Source: Pseudomonadota bacterium (GTDB taxonomy: Bacteria; Desulfobacterota; Binatia; Binatales; Binataceae). Taken from it: DNA of 64,000 nt. Positions 19,032 to 28,588 of the stretch are shown in pieces; positions within the stretch are counted from its first letter, which is position 1; each line of letters starts with the position of its first letter. The stretch covers positions 64,969-128,968 of the forward strand of contig JAJPKP010000071.1 in assembly GCA_021323675.1 (NCBI GenBank). The letters are read 5' to 3'. The notes beneath the pieces were generated by a model that saw nothing but the letters and a program-made list of their open reading frames with translations, ran no database searches and was not told the origin of the DNA. Both the position numbers and the translations under genes were made by a program.

Positions 19032-19721
19032 ATGCGGCTGCTGCGGTTTCAACCTCTCATTAACCTCGCAATTGCCGGCTTTTTCGCGATCGCGCTTAGC
19101 GGATGCATCGCCGGCTATTGGACCTACAACGCCTCCGGCGGAGGAAACGAGGGGGCCAACGGCGAGCAGCACGACACGCCATATCCCGCAAAAGACGCCC
19201 TCCATGTAACGGAGGACGTCCTGCGCGGAGAGGGCGTGCTCTTTCATCTGCAACCTGACGACAAGATCGAGACCGATTGGCGGCCGGCCGATACTCCGGC
19301 AAGCATGTGGGCAAGCATGCTCGGAGTGAATCCGCAGTACCGATACCTGATCGAAGTCGTTCCGACCGGAACGCACTCCAGCCGCATCGTCGCAAACGTC
19401 GAAACTCAGGACATCGCCGACAACGAGATGAATTCGTATCTGGCGAGCAAGAAGCTCCAGCTCTTCAGCAAGTTCGATCAGCTTGCGGCGCAATTCCCTC
19501 CCCCGTCTGGCACCCCGCGTGAAGGTGGCGTCAACTTCGCTCTGCTTCCCGGTGAAACGCTGAAAGCCCTTGCCAAACGAGCAACCGGCAACGAGGCAAA
19601 CTGGGAACAAATAGCCAAAGACAACGGCCTGACCTCGTCGACGGATCTGAGCACGATTCAGAGCGTATGGATTAGCGATTCTCTTCTGGCCCAAAAGAAG
19701 GGGATGACCGCTGCTCACTAA
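19032..19721 (+). CDS. lipoprotein with C-terminal LysM-like domain
   Basis: Signal peptide with a lipobox (AIALSGC) when started at ATG 19032. C-terminus LLPGETLKALAKRATGNEANWEQIAKDNGL resembles LysM. Confidence 0.6.
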   Translation: MRLLRFQPLINLAIAGFFAIALSGCIAGYWTYNASGGGNEGANGEQHDTPYPAKDALHVTEDVLRGEGVLFHLQPDDKIETDWRPADTPASMWASMLGVNPQYRYLIEVVPTGTHSSRIVANVETQDIADNEMNSYLASKKLQLFSKFDQLAAQFPPPSGTPREGGVNFALLPGETLKALAKRATGNEANWEQIAKDNGLTSSTDLSTIQSVWISDSLLAQKKGMTAAH

Positions 19722-19765
19722 GCTCAAATCGGCGGCCGGAACGCCTGGACGCCTTTGGCCAGAAA

Positions 19766-19800
19766 TGCAAAAGCGCGCTTCGGAATTGCCGAAACGCGCT
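19766..19800 (-). terminator. rho-independent terminator for the minus-strand gene 19828-20154
   Basis: Stem of 11 bp (19773-19783 / 19789-19799, one mismatch) with a 5-nt loop. On the minus-strand transcript it is followed by UUUUGCAUUUCU. Confidence 0.45.
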
Positions 19801-19827
19801 TCGCTTATCTGTCCTTTGCCTAACCGA

Positions 19828-20154
19828 CTAGTCGCTGAGCCCGAGTTCGGCGGGATCGTATTCCGGGCAGAGACCGGAAGGGCTGACCGCAGCAACCACG
19901 GCCAGAAACTGCTCGAAAGTCATCTGAAGGTTCAGAAACCCGCCCTGACAGAAAACCCATCCGTAGTAGTCCAGAATCTCGTCGGGAATCGAAACGGGCA
20001 GTTTCGGCAGAGTGTTGACGGTCGGGAAAGGGCGTGGTTCGCCGGGGGCTACCGTTTCAAACAGGCGAACATTGGAAGAATCCGCCTCGTCGTCGACGAT
20101 ACTTCCCTCGCGAAGCGGAATCACTTTGCCCCTGATACTCCGGCTCATAGCCAT
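19828..20154 (-). CDS. hypothetical protein
   Basis: AGGAGG Shine-Dalgarno 5 nt upstream of ATG 20154 (MAMSRSIRGK...). No family recognised. Confidence 0.45.
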   Translation of the reverse strand: MAMSRSIRGKVIPLREGSIVDDEADSSNVRLFETVAPGEPRPFPTVNTLPKLPVSIPDEILDYYGWVFCQGGFLNLQMTFEQFLAVVAAVSPSGLCPEYDPAELGLSD

Positions 20155-20330
20155 AGGGCCTCCTGATAAGCAGACCACCCCACCGTCGATCTACCTGAGG
20201 CTAATTCTAGACCATGCGATATCGGGGTCAAGGGAAACTGAGGGTAACCCAGACCCATAAGATTTTGCGTTTATTGAAGCATAAGCGTGCATTTTTTTGC
20301 CAAACCTCCGGTTAACCGACGAATTTATCT

Positions 20331-21110
20331 ATGTTTTCTACGCTTCAAGCGGTCATTCTGGGCGCAATTCAGGGTCTCACCGAGTTTCTTCCCGTCTCCA
20401 GTTCGGCACATCTGATACTCGTTCCGTGGCTCTTCGGATGGGATGATCCGGGGCTTGCCTTCGATGTGGCCCTCCATCTCGGAACCCTGCTCGCGCTTCT
20501 CATCTATTACTGGAAGGTTTGGTTTGACCTCGCCCATTCCTTGATAACCGGACAAAAGGCATCTAGACGCCTTCTATTTCTGCTCATCGTTGCTTCTATT
20601 CCTGGCGCCCTTATCGGGCTGCTCCTTGAAAAAGAAGCTGAGACGATTTTCCGCTCGCCCCTGCTTATCGCCTGCACGATGTCGCTCCTGGGAATCGCCC
20701 TGTGGCTCTGTGACAAGGTTGCTCGTTCGACGCGGACGATGACCGAGTTGACCTTTACGGACGCGCTCCTGATAGGACTCAGCCAGGCTCTCGCCATCAT
20801 CCCGGGCGTGTCGAGGTCCGGGGCAACCATCACGATGGCGCGGGCGCTGGGCATCGAACGCGAGGATGCCGCCAATTTTTCGTTCCTGATGGCCACCCCG
20901 ATTATCGCGGGGGCGGGCCTGCTGGAAAGCCGAAAGCTGATGGCATCAGGAATACATGCCTCGCTCGTGCTGGGATTCGCCGCATCCGCCGTCTTTGGCA
21001 TCGCGGCGATTGCCGGACTTATCCGCTTTGTCCGCACCCGGACGTACAGCGTCTTTGCCTGGTATCGCCTGGCTCTCGCCGCCGTCGTGCTCCTCGCGAT
21101 ATTGGTCTGA
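20331..21110 (+). CDS. uppP: undecaprenyl-diphosphate phosphatase
   Basis: BacA/UppP family throughout (GLTEFLPVSSSAHL, PGVSRSGATI). Confidence 0.9.
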   Translation: MFSTLQAVILGAIQGLTEFLPVSSSAHLILVPWLFGWDDPGLAFDVALHLGTLLALLIYYWKVWFDLAHSLITGQKASRRLLFLLIVASIPGALIGLLLEKEAETIFRSPLLIACTMSLLGIALWLCDKVARSTRTMTELTFTDALLIGLSQALAIIPGVSRSGATITMARALGIEREDAANFSFLMATPIIAGAGLLESRKLMASGIHASLVLGFAASAVFGIAAIAGLIRFVRTRTYSVFAWYRLALAAVVLLAILV

Positions 21111-21111
21111 C

Positions 21112-22107
21112 GTGGACGCTTCGGCATCGGCGGGCGAGGCTGCGGGGCGCCGGATTTCCCGCGCTCACGAGCGAAGCCGGGCCTTCAAGGCGGGTGTGGC
21201 GCTCGCGGTCGCCAATACGATCATCGGAGCGGGACAGCCCGCTCTCACCCGATGGGGAGCCGTCAATCTCGACCCGCTCCTCTTCTGCACCGGCGCGGTT
21301 GTGATAGCCGCGGTCTGCAGCATCTCGCTGCTCCAGATGCGCGGAGAGCTGAAGCTTCTTTTCGATCGCCGCTTCAGGCTGCGGCTGGCGGCGATGTCGG
21401 CGGTCGGGACGATCGCGACCAGCCTGCTCGTTACGTTCGGGATGACCCGGATTAACGCGATTGCCGCGACCATATTGCTGCAGACCGAACCGGTTTATTC
21501 GCTGCTGCTCGCGGTTGTTGTGGTCAAGGAACGGCCATCGGGGCGGCAACTGCTCGCCACGGCGACGATTTTAGTCGGCATCGCCTCGGTGTTTGGCGCG
21601 GGAGGAACTTTTTCGCCGATGTGGGCGGCGACGATGGTACTGATAACTCCGCTGTTCTGGCAGAGCTCGCACGTGATGGGGCTCAGGCTGATGCCGCCGC
21701 TTTCGCCGTTGACGGTGACGGCGGGCCGGATGGTCTACGCCGCTCTCGGCCTTGGCCTCCTGTTGATTCTGACCCGTCCGGGGACATTGCCGCAGGCGGC
21801 CGGTCCGCAGGCGATGGCGGTGATCGCGGTTACCGGGTTTTTCATCTACTTCCTGAGCGCCCTTACCTGGTACGGCGCGATAAGCCGGTTGTCATTGGCG
21901 TGGACCACGGCGCTGGTCGTACCGGCGATACCGCTGCTTTCGATTCTTTTCGCGATCGTCTTTCTGGGCGAGCATGCGACCAGCCGCGAGATCCTTGGCG
22001 TGCTTATCGCGATCGCTGGAGTTCTTGCGCTGGTACTCGGATCCGACGCTCACCGAAAACATCCCGATCCCGAAGCGGCGGAGGCAATCCATCAACCGCT
22101 TGCGTGA
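21112..22107 (+). CDS. EamA/DMT-superfamily transporter
   Basis: Ten predicted TM helices with two EamA-like halves. The ORF track extends it into uppP; the start was placed at GTG 21112, immediately after the uppP stop. Confidence 0.65.
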   Translation: MDASASAGEAAGRRISRAHERSRAFKAGVALAVANTIIGAGQPALTRWGAVNLDPLLFCTGAVVIAAVCSISLLQMRGELKLLFDRRFRLRLAAMSAVGTIATSLLVTFGMTRINAIAATILLQTEPVYSLLLAVVVVKERPSGRQLLATATILVGIASVFGAGGTFSPMWAATMVLITPLFWQSSHVMGLRLMPPLSPLTVTAGRMVYAALGLGLLLILTRPGTLPQAAGPQAMAVIAVTGFFIYFLSALTWYGAISRLSLAWTTALVVPAIPLLSILFAIVFLGEHATSREILGVLIAIAGVLALVLGSDAHRKHPDPEAAEAIHQPLA

Positions 22108-22232
22108 GAACGCAACCCTTGCAAGGTAAATTTTCCAATTGACTATGGTGGCCGCGACGAATTAAGTCAGCGGATTAGCACCCAAACGCCGGCGGTTCGC
22201 CGCCGCATCCAAACCAGACGAGGAAACCAATC

Positions 22233-22436
22233 ATGGCCCGACTCGTGAGGCACGACGCCAACGCTCCATACGAAATTCCCGAAGGGACGGAGCTGCCCGT
22301 TTACATCTGCGCTTGCGGCCTTTCGAAGAACAAGCCGTTCTGCGACGGTACCCACAAGAAAACGCGGGACGAGAACGCGGAAGATACCTACGTCTACGAC
22401 GACGCCGGGCGCGCCCGCGTCATCAAGCAGTACTAG
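22233..22436 (+). CDS. CDGSH iron-sulfur domain protein
   Basis: CxC...CDGTH motif (ICACGLSKNKPFCDGTHKK), 67 aa. GAGGAAA Shine-Dalgarno. Confidence 0.8.
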   Translation: MARLVRHDANAPYEIPEGTELPVYICACGLSKNKPFCDGTHKKTRDENAEDTYVYDDAGRARVIKQY

Positions 22437-22445
22437 GCTGTGAGT

Positions 22446-22469
22446 CCGGGGCGGGACGACCCGCCCCGG
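22446..22469. terminator. perfect GC-rich hairpin between convergent genes (bidirectional terminator-like; no U tract)
   Basis: ccggggcggg-acga-cccgccccgg: a 10-bp perfect stem with a 4-nt loop. Confidence 0.3.
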
Positions 22470-22504
22470 ACCGAATCGAAGTCAAAGACCGCGCCGGCCG
22501 CGCG

Positions 22505-23335
22505 TCAGTGCATCTCGACGCCGCCGCAGATGTTCAGCGCCTGCCCGGTCATGTAGCCTCCGTCGTCGGACGCGAGAAACGCGACCACGTTGGCCACATC
22601 GTCGCCGGTTTCCATCCGGCCCATCGGCACCTGGTCCACAAATGTCTTGATCACCTGCTCGCGGTTAAGATTGCGGGTGACGCCGACCATATTGATGAGA
22701 CCTTCGAGGAGCTGGGTTTCCACGAAGCCGGGGCATACCGCATTGACCGTGATGCCGAACTGTCCCAGTTCGAGCGCCAGGCTGCGGGTTAATCCGATGA
22801 CGCCGTGCTTGGCGGCGCAATAGGCGGCCATGCCGGGACCGCCGCGCTTGCCGGCAATCGAGGCGGTATTGATGATTCTGCCGCCGCGGCCGCCCGCGAT
22901 GATCCTGGGAGCAACGTGCTTCGCGCACAAAAACGCGCCCGTCAGGTTCATCGCGACCGTTCGGTTCCACGAATCGAGGGTCTGCTGAACGACGGGTCCG
23001 CCGCCAACGCCGCCGCCGGCGTTGTTGCACAGGATGTCGATACGGCCGAATTCCTTCATCGCCGCCTCCGTCATCCGGGCGACTTCGCCTTCGTCGGTCA
23101 CATCGACCTTGACGGCGATTGCGCGCCGTCCGAGGTCGCGGATGGTGGCGGCTACGCGCTCGAGTTCCTCCATCTGTCCGAACCTGGCATCTGGATATTC
23201 CGAGATCGAGCGGCAGAAATCGGCAGCCACGATATGCGCGCCCTCGCGCGCAAGCCGCATCGCGATCGCGCGTCCGATCCCGCGATCGCGCGCGCACCCG
23301 GTCACAATTGCCACCTTGTCTTGCAATCTCATCAT
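22505..23335 (-). CDS. SDR family oxidoreductase, subfamily with the insertion typical of mycofactocin-coupled SDRs
   Basis: MMRLQDKVAIVTGCARDRGIGRA. The insert AADFCRSISEYPDARFGQMEELERVAATI after the second beta-strand matches the D-x-C...YP...EL signature of TIGR03971-type SDRs. Start ATG 23335 with a GGAG Shine-Dalgarno. Confidence 0.8.
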   Translation of the reverse strand: MMRLQDKVAIVTGCARDRGIGRAIAMRLAREGAHIVAADFCRSISEYPDARFGQMEELERVAATIRDLGRRAIAVKVDVTDEGEVARMTEAAMKEFGRIDILCNNAGGGVGGGPVVQQTLDSWNRTVAMNLTGAFLCAKHVAPRIIAGGRGGRIINTASIAGKRGGPGMAAYCAAKHGVIGLTRSLALELGQFGITVNAVCPGFVETQLLEGLINMVGVTRNLNREQVIKTFVDQVPMGRMETGDDVANVVAFLASDDGGYMTGQALNICGGVEMH

Positions 23336-23444
23336 TATTGCTCCTGCCGGTTCGATTCCCGCCGCTGACGGAGCGATGCGCCGCCAGAATCTCGCACAGC
23401 GATGCCGGCGCCGGTATGTTAATCGGTGCCGCGGTCGCTTGGAA

Positions 23445-25385
23445 ATGAATAACAGGCTGGAGAGCGCAAGACAGGACGACGAGACCGAACCGCCCGTTGC
23501 GGTCGCGACATCATCGGCAGCACCGCCGGACACAACCGACTCCGCGATCGCGAGGCTCGCGGCGCCGCGCTTTGCCGTGCCGATCCTGATTGCGCTCGGC
23601 GCGGTGCTGTTTCTCTCCAACCTGGGCGGATACCCCCTTTATACCAAGGGGGAGCCCCGCGAGGCGGTAACGGTGCTGGGGATGCTGCATGGGGCGGGAA
23701 TCCTCCTGCCCCTGCGCGCCGGAGTCGAAATTCCATCGAAGCCGCTGTTGATGCACTGGATGGCGGCGGCGGTTTGCTGGGCCTTGGGCGGCGTGACGGA
23801 ATTTTCCGTGCGGTTGCCTTCCGCGATACTCGCGATCGCGGGCATGCTGGTCTGCTACTTCTACGGGCGAAAATTGTTCGATGAGGCCGCAGCGCTTCTG
23901 GCGGCTGTTTTTCTCGGCACGACTTTTCAGTATCTGCAGGCCGGAACGGGAGCGCGCGTCGATATGACGCTGACGTTCTTTCTGGAAGTGGCTTTCTTCG
24001 AATTCATCTCCATCGCAGAGGGCCTCACGGAGCGCCGGCTCCTGCTTTATGCCGCCATCGCCCTCGCGATCCTGGCCAAAGGCCCGGTCGGACTGGCCCT
24101 GCCGGTCATCGTGGCTGTCGTCTGGATGGTTCTCTATCGTCGATGGAGTTTGATCGGCGAACTCGACCTGTTTCGCGGCGCCGCGATCGTCGCAGTTCTG
24201 GGCGGGGGATGGTACGTGGCGGCGGCTTATATCGGCGGGATGGAGTTCGTGCGCAAGCAGATCTTCGCCGAGAATTTCCAGCGCTTCATCGGCGGTCCCG
24301 GCTTCCACGAAGGCCACGCCCATCCGTTTTATTACCTCGAGTTCGCTCTGGTCGGCGGATATCTGCCGTGGAGTTTCCTTTTGCCCGTGCCAGTCATTCA
24401 GGCCATTCGCCGCCGCCTGAAGCTCAATTCCAGGCTCGCGTATTTGTTCATCTGGGCGGGTGTGGTGCTCGCCTTTTACAGTATCGCGGAGAGCAAACGC
24501 GGAGTTTATCTGCTTGGCCTGTATCCGGCGCTCGCGACGATTCTTGCGGTTTATATCGAGGATGCGATCCGAGAAGGGGGCGCCGCGATCGCGCGCTACC
24601 TCGCTTATCTGACCACGCTGGCAGGCATCGCGATGCTGCTGGCGGGAATCGCGGCGCTGGTCGCGATCGCGGTCATTATCGTGTCGCCGGCGACGATGCG
24701 TGATTTCTTTGCGTTCTGGGGAATCACTGCGGCGGGGTTCGTTCCAGCGCTCAGCTCTCAAATTGCCGATCGATGGATTCTTGCCGCCCTGCTGCCGATG
24801 GGGTTCGAAATTCTGGGCGTGATCGCGCTGCGCTCGCGGTCGGCGATGAGCCGGCTGATTGCACTGATCACCGCCGCTACCGCGGCAGGAGCGTTGGCGG
24901 CGAACTTCGTCGTAGTTCCCGCTATCGCCACGACGCTCTCGCTGAGAACCTTCGCGCTCGAGATGGTGAACATGGTCGGTTCCAACCGGGTCGGATATCT
25001 CGGCGCGCTCGACTACGACGTCGCGTTCTACAGCGCAAAGGTAATCCCGATCGTCCATCTGACCGATCCCGATCTGCCCGACTACCTGATTTGCTGGCAG
25101 ACCATATACCGGCGCCTGCCCGAGGAGCAGAAGGCGCGCTTCGCGGTCGCACTGACCAGCAACCCGACGGAGCTGGATGGGAGCGGAGCGATGGTGCTGC
25201 TCAGGCGCACTACGCTTCCGCAGCCTGATTCGAACTCTCTGAAAGTACGATTCGATCCCGAAACGGAAAGCTACGACGCGCGCGAGCGGCGCAGGCTGGA
25301 GACCGCCTTTACCAGCCTCGGCAACACGTCGGCGGAGCCTCCGCCCAGGCTGAAGTCGCAAACGCGCGTGATTTCGGACTCGTAG
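23445..25385 (+). CDS. glycosyltransferase family 39 (ArnT/PMT-like) membrane protein
   Basis: Polytopic N-terminal domain with GT39/ArnT similarity. Start at ATG 23445 (MNNRLESAR); the ORF track extends further upstream over the antisense SDR gene. Confidence 0.75.
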   Translation: MNNRLESARQDDETEPPVAVATSSAAPPDTTDSAIARLAAPRFAVPILIALGAVLFLSNLGGYPLYTKGEPREAVTVLGMLHGAGILLPLRAGVEIPSKPLLMHWMAAAVCWALGGVTEFSVRLPSAILAIAGMLVCYFYGRKLFDEAAALLAAVFLGTTFQYLQAGTGARVDMTLTFFLEVAFFEFISIAEGLTERRLLLYAAIALAILAKGPVGLALPVIVAVVWMVLYRRWSLIGELDLFRGAAIVAVLGGGWYVAAAYIGGMEFVRKQIFAENFQRFIGGPGFHEGHAHPFYYLEFALVGGYLPWSFLLPVPVIQAIRRRLKLNSRLAYLFIWAGVVLAFYSIAESKRGVYLLGLYPALATILAVYIEDAIREGGAAIARYLAYLTTLAGIAMLLAGIAALVAIAVIIVSPATMRDFFAFWGITAAGFVPALSSQIADRWILAALLPMGFEILGVIALRSRSAMSRLIALITAATAAGALAANFVVVPAIATTLSLRTFALEMVNMVGSNRVGYLGALDYDVAFYSAKVIPIVHLTDPDLPDYLICWQTIYRRLPEEQKARFAVALTSNPTELDGSGAMVLLRRTTLPQPDSNSLKVRFDPETESYDARERRRLETAFTSLGNTSAEPPPRLKSQTRVISDS

Positions 25386-26071
25386 AGATTTACCTCTATC
25401 ATTACTCCGCCCCGCTGCTTTACTTCCAGCGCGAATCCGGCCGCCGGGTAAACCGTGGCGGAGGTGCCGGCCACGATGACCAGATCGGCTTTGGCGGCGT
25501 GCGTGGCGCAGAGATGCAACACATCGGAGGGAATTGGCTCGCCGAATGACACTGTATCGCTCTTGAGAATCCCGCCGCATTCGGGGCATCGCGGCGGCAA
25601 CACACTGAAGTCCACCTGCTCGCGCCGAAAACGCAGGTTGCAGTCCAGGCATCGGATCAGCTTCCAATTGCCGTGAATCTCGGCGAGGGACTTCTGTCCC
25701 GCCTGCCGATGCAGGTCATCGACGTTCTGCGTAATCACAAAGCGGAGCACGCCGATCGATTCCAGTTCGGCGAGCGCGAAGTGGCCTGGGTTCGGCTTTG
25801 CCTCGGTCAGCGGCTTGTAGAATTCGTCATTGCGCGTGCTCAGGCGCTCCTCCCAGGCTTTTTTGGGATTCGCCATAAAGCGCTGAAACTGGTTCATCGG
25901 GGGCTCGCCGTACTTGGTCCAGAGGCCGCCGGGACCACGAAACGGAGGGATGCCGCTTTCGACCGACATGCCCGCGCCGGTCAGGGCGATCGGATAGCCG
26001 GCATCGAGGATGGCTTCGGCCGCGCTCTGAATCTCTTCATCCGTTGCTTTTCTGGGTGTCTCGCTGCTCAT
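25271..26071 (-). CDS. cobB: Sir2-family NAD-dependent protein deacylase
   Basis: ALTGAGMSVESGIPPFRGPGG, QNVDDLH, and a Zn-binding pair (CLDC...CPEC). Start at ATG 26071 (MSSETPRK). Confidence 0.8.
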   Translation of the reverse strand: MSSETPRKATDEEIQSAAEAILDAGYPIALTGAGMSVESGIPPFRGPGGLWTKYGEPPMNQFQRFMANPKKAWEERLSTRNDEFYKPLTEAKPNPGHFALAELESIGVLRFVITQNVDDLHRQAGQKSLAEIHGNWKLIRCLDCNLRFRREQVDFSVLPPRCPECGGILKSDTVSFGEPIPSDVLHLCATHAAKADLVIVAGTSATVYPAAGFALEVKQRGGVMIEVNLYESEITRVCDFSLGGGSADVLPRLVKAVSSLRRSRAS

Positions 26072-26424
26072 GCGAATATCCCCGCATCGCGGAAACGGGA
26101 CGGCCACGCCCCATTCCATCAGCCTATCGCACAAGCAATCGAATGCGGCAAGCTCATCCAATCTGAGAGCAGACGTGGACGATGAGATTGGCGGGGTAAT
26201 GCGGATTCGCCATCGAGGCAGCGGGGTTCGGGAGGTCGTCGCGGTCTTCGGGACGACAGCCGAACAAGCCACCGCCAACGTCCTCAAAGAAGGGGCCGAG
26301 TCGCCCAGATTGCCGCGCAGCGGCGAAGTTACTATCGAAGCGGATAGCCGCCTCATTGGAAAGCGAGAGGTTCATCTTGTGTGATTGATTGACGACGAGA
26401 GCCCGCAAGCGATAGTCAGCCGAT

Positions 26425-26862
26425 ATGGATCAAGCGCTGGAGGTTGTTCATGCGAGCACGCCGCAGCAGATGGCGCAGGCGTGGACGATTCGCCGCCGGG
26501 TGTTTATCGAGGAGCAGCACGTACCTGAAGAGATCGAACTCGACGAGGATGACGCGCGCGCCTTTCATGCGCTGGCCCGGCTTGGGACGCGCGCGGTCGG
26601 ATGCGGCAGATTCGTCGCCCTCGGCGATGACGAGATAAAGATCGGCAGGATGGCGGTGCTGCGCGAGCTGCGCGGACGCGATATCGGACGCGCGATTCTC
26701 AATTTCCTGATGGACGAGGCGCGCCGTCAGGGTTTTCGGCGCGCCGTGCTGCACGCACAGTTGTCAGCGGAAGGGTTCTACCTGAAGCACGGCTTCGAGC
26801 CGAGGGGAGAGGTCTTCGAAGAAGCAGGCATCCCGCATCGGAAGATGGAACGGCCGCTGTAG
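26425..26862 (+). CDS. GNAT family N-acetyltransferase
   Basis: 145 aa with the acetyl-CoA-binding motif RGRDIGRAIL. Confidence 0.8.
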   Translation: MDQALEVVHASTPQQMAQAWTIRRRVFIEEQHVPEEIELDEDDARAFHALARLGTRAVGCGRFVALGDDEIKIGRMAVLRELRGRDIGRAILNFLMDEARRQGFRRAVLHAQLSAEGFYLKHGFEPRGEVFEEAGIPHRKMERPL

Positions 26863-26902
26863 CGGCGCCGTCGGCTCCGCCCGACGCGGCTCAGCGCGCG
26901 TG

Positions 26903-27733
26903 TTATCCAAGATCCGCGGCGAATTCTTCGATCGCTCTGGCCACCGCGTCGGGCTTCTCGAGAAGCACGTGATGGTGCGCGGCGGGGACGGTGATAAGGC
27001 GGACATGCCGATTGGCCTCGCGAGCCGATGCCGCCGCTTCCGCCGTCATGATCCTGCTCATCTCCGCGCGCAGCAGGAGCGTCGGCAGCCGGACCGCCCG
27101 GATCGCCTCCATCGCGTCGATTCCGTCGCCGCCGAAAAAGCTCTCGCGATCGAACTTGAGCGTCCATCGGCCTTCGTCGGTGATAGCCAGGCTCTTCTCC
27201 GCAATCGCGTTAAGCGTCGCGGACGGGATGTCGCCCTCGTTCGGCATCAGGCGAAAACGCTCCTTCGCGGTCTCGAGGTCGGGATAGGTCACGACCGGCA
27301 ATGACTTGAGGCGTTGCAGAAAGCGGTCGCGGCGGCGGGTGGAAGTGATTGCCGCGTCGATTATTACGGCGGCGCGCGCCATGCGGCCGTGATGGGCGGC
27401 GAAGGCGAGCGTGGTCAGGCCGCCCATGCTGTGCCCCACCACGATCGGCTTTTCATCGCCGCGGGCGACGTGGCGGAGAAATGCCGCCAGGTCGCCCGCA
27501 TAGTCGGCGGGCGTGTACGCCGCCGGTCGCACCCATTCGCTGTCGCCGTGGCCGCGCTGATCCAGCGCTATCAATCTGAACGCGCGCGGCATCTCGCGCG
27601 CGACCGGCTCCCACCACCATGCGTTGGCGGAATTGCCGTGCAGCAAAACCACCGTGGTGCTACCCGACGGGTTCCATTCGAGGTAGTGCAGACGCGGCGA
27701 AGAATCGACCAGATGGCTTGAAGGCTCGGTCAT
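26903..27733 (-). CDS. alpha/beta hydrolase
   Basis: HGNSANAWWW and GHSMGG nucleophile elbow. ATGA overlap with the upstream paralogue. Confidence 0.8.
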   Translation of the reverse strand: MTEPSSHLVDSSPRLHYLEWNPSGSTTVVLLHGNSANAWWWEPVAREMPRAFRLIALDQRGHGDSEWVRPAAYTPADYAGDLAAFLRHVARGDEKPIVVGHSMGGLTTLAFAAHHGRMARAAVIIDAAITSTRRRDRFLQRLKSLPVVTYPDLETAKERFRLMPNEGDIPSATLNAIAEKSLAITDEGRWTLKFDRESFFGGDGIDAMEAIRAVRLPTLLLRAEMSRIMTAEAAASAREANRHVRLITVPAAHHHVLLEKPDAVARAIEEFAADLG

Positions 27734-28545
27734 GGAAGCAGGGCGGTAAACTCCTTGAGCGCCGCTATCAATGCGACCGGATTGTCGAACATCACGTGAT
27801 GGAAGGAATCGCCGATCTCCGCAAGCGAGCCCTTCGGCAGCGTCGCGACCATCCGGCGCGCCGCCTCAATGTCCAGAACGGGACTGCGGGTCACCTTGAC
27901 GATTAGCGCCGGACACTCGATCTGCGACAACTGATCCCACACCTGCAGCGGTTCGCGTATCAGTGTGCGGCGATCCAGCTTGTGTGTCCAGCTACCGTCT
28001 TCGAGCTTGCGGTAAGTGTGGCGGGCGATGTGGCTCAGGATTTCCTTGCGCGCAAGCGTCTCGCGCGGCAGGACCTTGAAGCTTGCCACCGCCTCTTCCA
28101 GAGATTCGAAGCGCCGCGGAGGTTTGACGGCGTAAGTTCGCAGAAACTCGACCGCGCGTTCCGAATAGTCGGGCGGCGTGTCGATCGCGATCATGGCGCG
28201 CAGCCTGGCGCTGTTGCGCGACGCATAGACCAGGACGTTGTGCGCCCCCATCGAATGTCCGATGAGAACAGGAGCCCCAAATCCCCAGTTGTTGATTATC
28301 TGCTCGAGGTCGGAGACGTAGTCGAGCGAGCTGTATTGCCATTCCTTCGGCCACTGGCTTTCGCCATGGCCTCGCTGGTCGAGCGCAAGCACGTGGAAGT
28401 CGTCAACAAAGGCCGGCGCGATGAAGTCCCACCAATGCGCATGCGCCGAGCCGCCGTGAATGAAAAGCATCGGGGGTTTCCCCGCCCCCCCGTAGTCGAG
28501 ACAGTTGAGGACCAGTCCGTTGGCACGAAATCGAAGCTGCTTCAT
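27730..28545 (-). CDS. alpha/beta hydrolase
   Basis: HGGSAHAHWW and GHSMGA nucleophile elbow. Confidence 0.8.
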   Translation of the reverse strand: MKQLRFRANGLVLNCLDYGGAGKPPMLFIHGGSAHAHWWDFIAPAFVDDFHVLALDQRGHGESQWPKEWQYSSLDYVSDLEQIINNWGFGAPVLIGHSMGAHNVLVYASRNSARLRAMIAIDTPPDYSERAVEFLRTYAVKPPRRFESLEEAVASFKVLPRETLARKEILSHIARHTYRKLEDGSWTHKLDRRTLIREPLQVWDQLSQIECPALIVKVTRSPVLDIEAARRMVATLPKGSLAEIGDSFHHVMFDNPVALIAALKEFTALLP

Positions 28546-28588
28546 TTCCCCGCGTTCTTCCCCCTGATACCGGCAATTCCGCCTATCA

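Noticed and set aside
17494-19209. 571-aa plus-strand ORF
   Set aside because: Antisense to the FAD/NAD(P)-binding oxidoreductase gene.
20956-22107. 383-aa form of the EamA transporter overlapping uppP by 155 nt
   Set aside because: The N-terminal extension lies inside uppP in another frame. The start was moved to GTG 21112, after the uppP stop.
23511-25667. 718-aa minus-strand ORF
   Set aside because: Antisense to the GT39 glycosyltransferase. Arg-rich low-complexity translation.
26072-26424. Small ORFs (26070-26384 plus, 26154-26408 minus) in the sirtuin/GNAT divergent intergenic region
   Set aside because: No homology, they are mutually antisense, and the region is best explained as a divergent promoter region.
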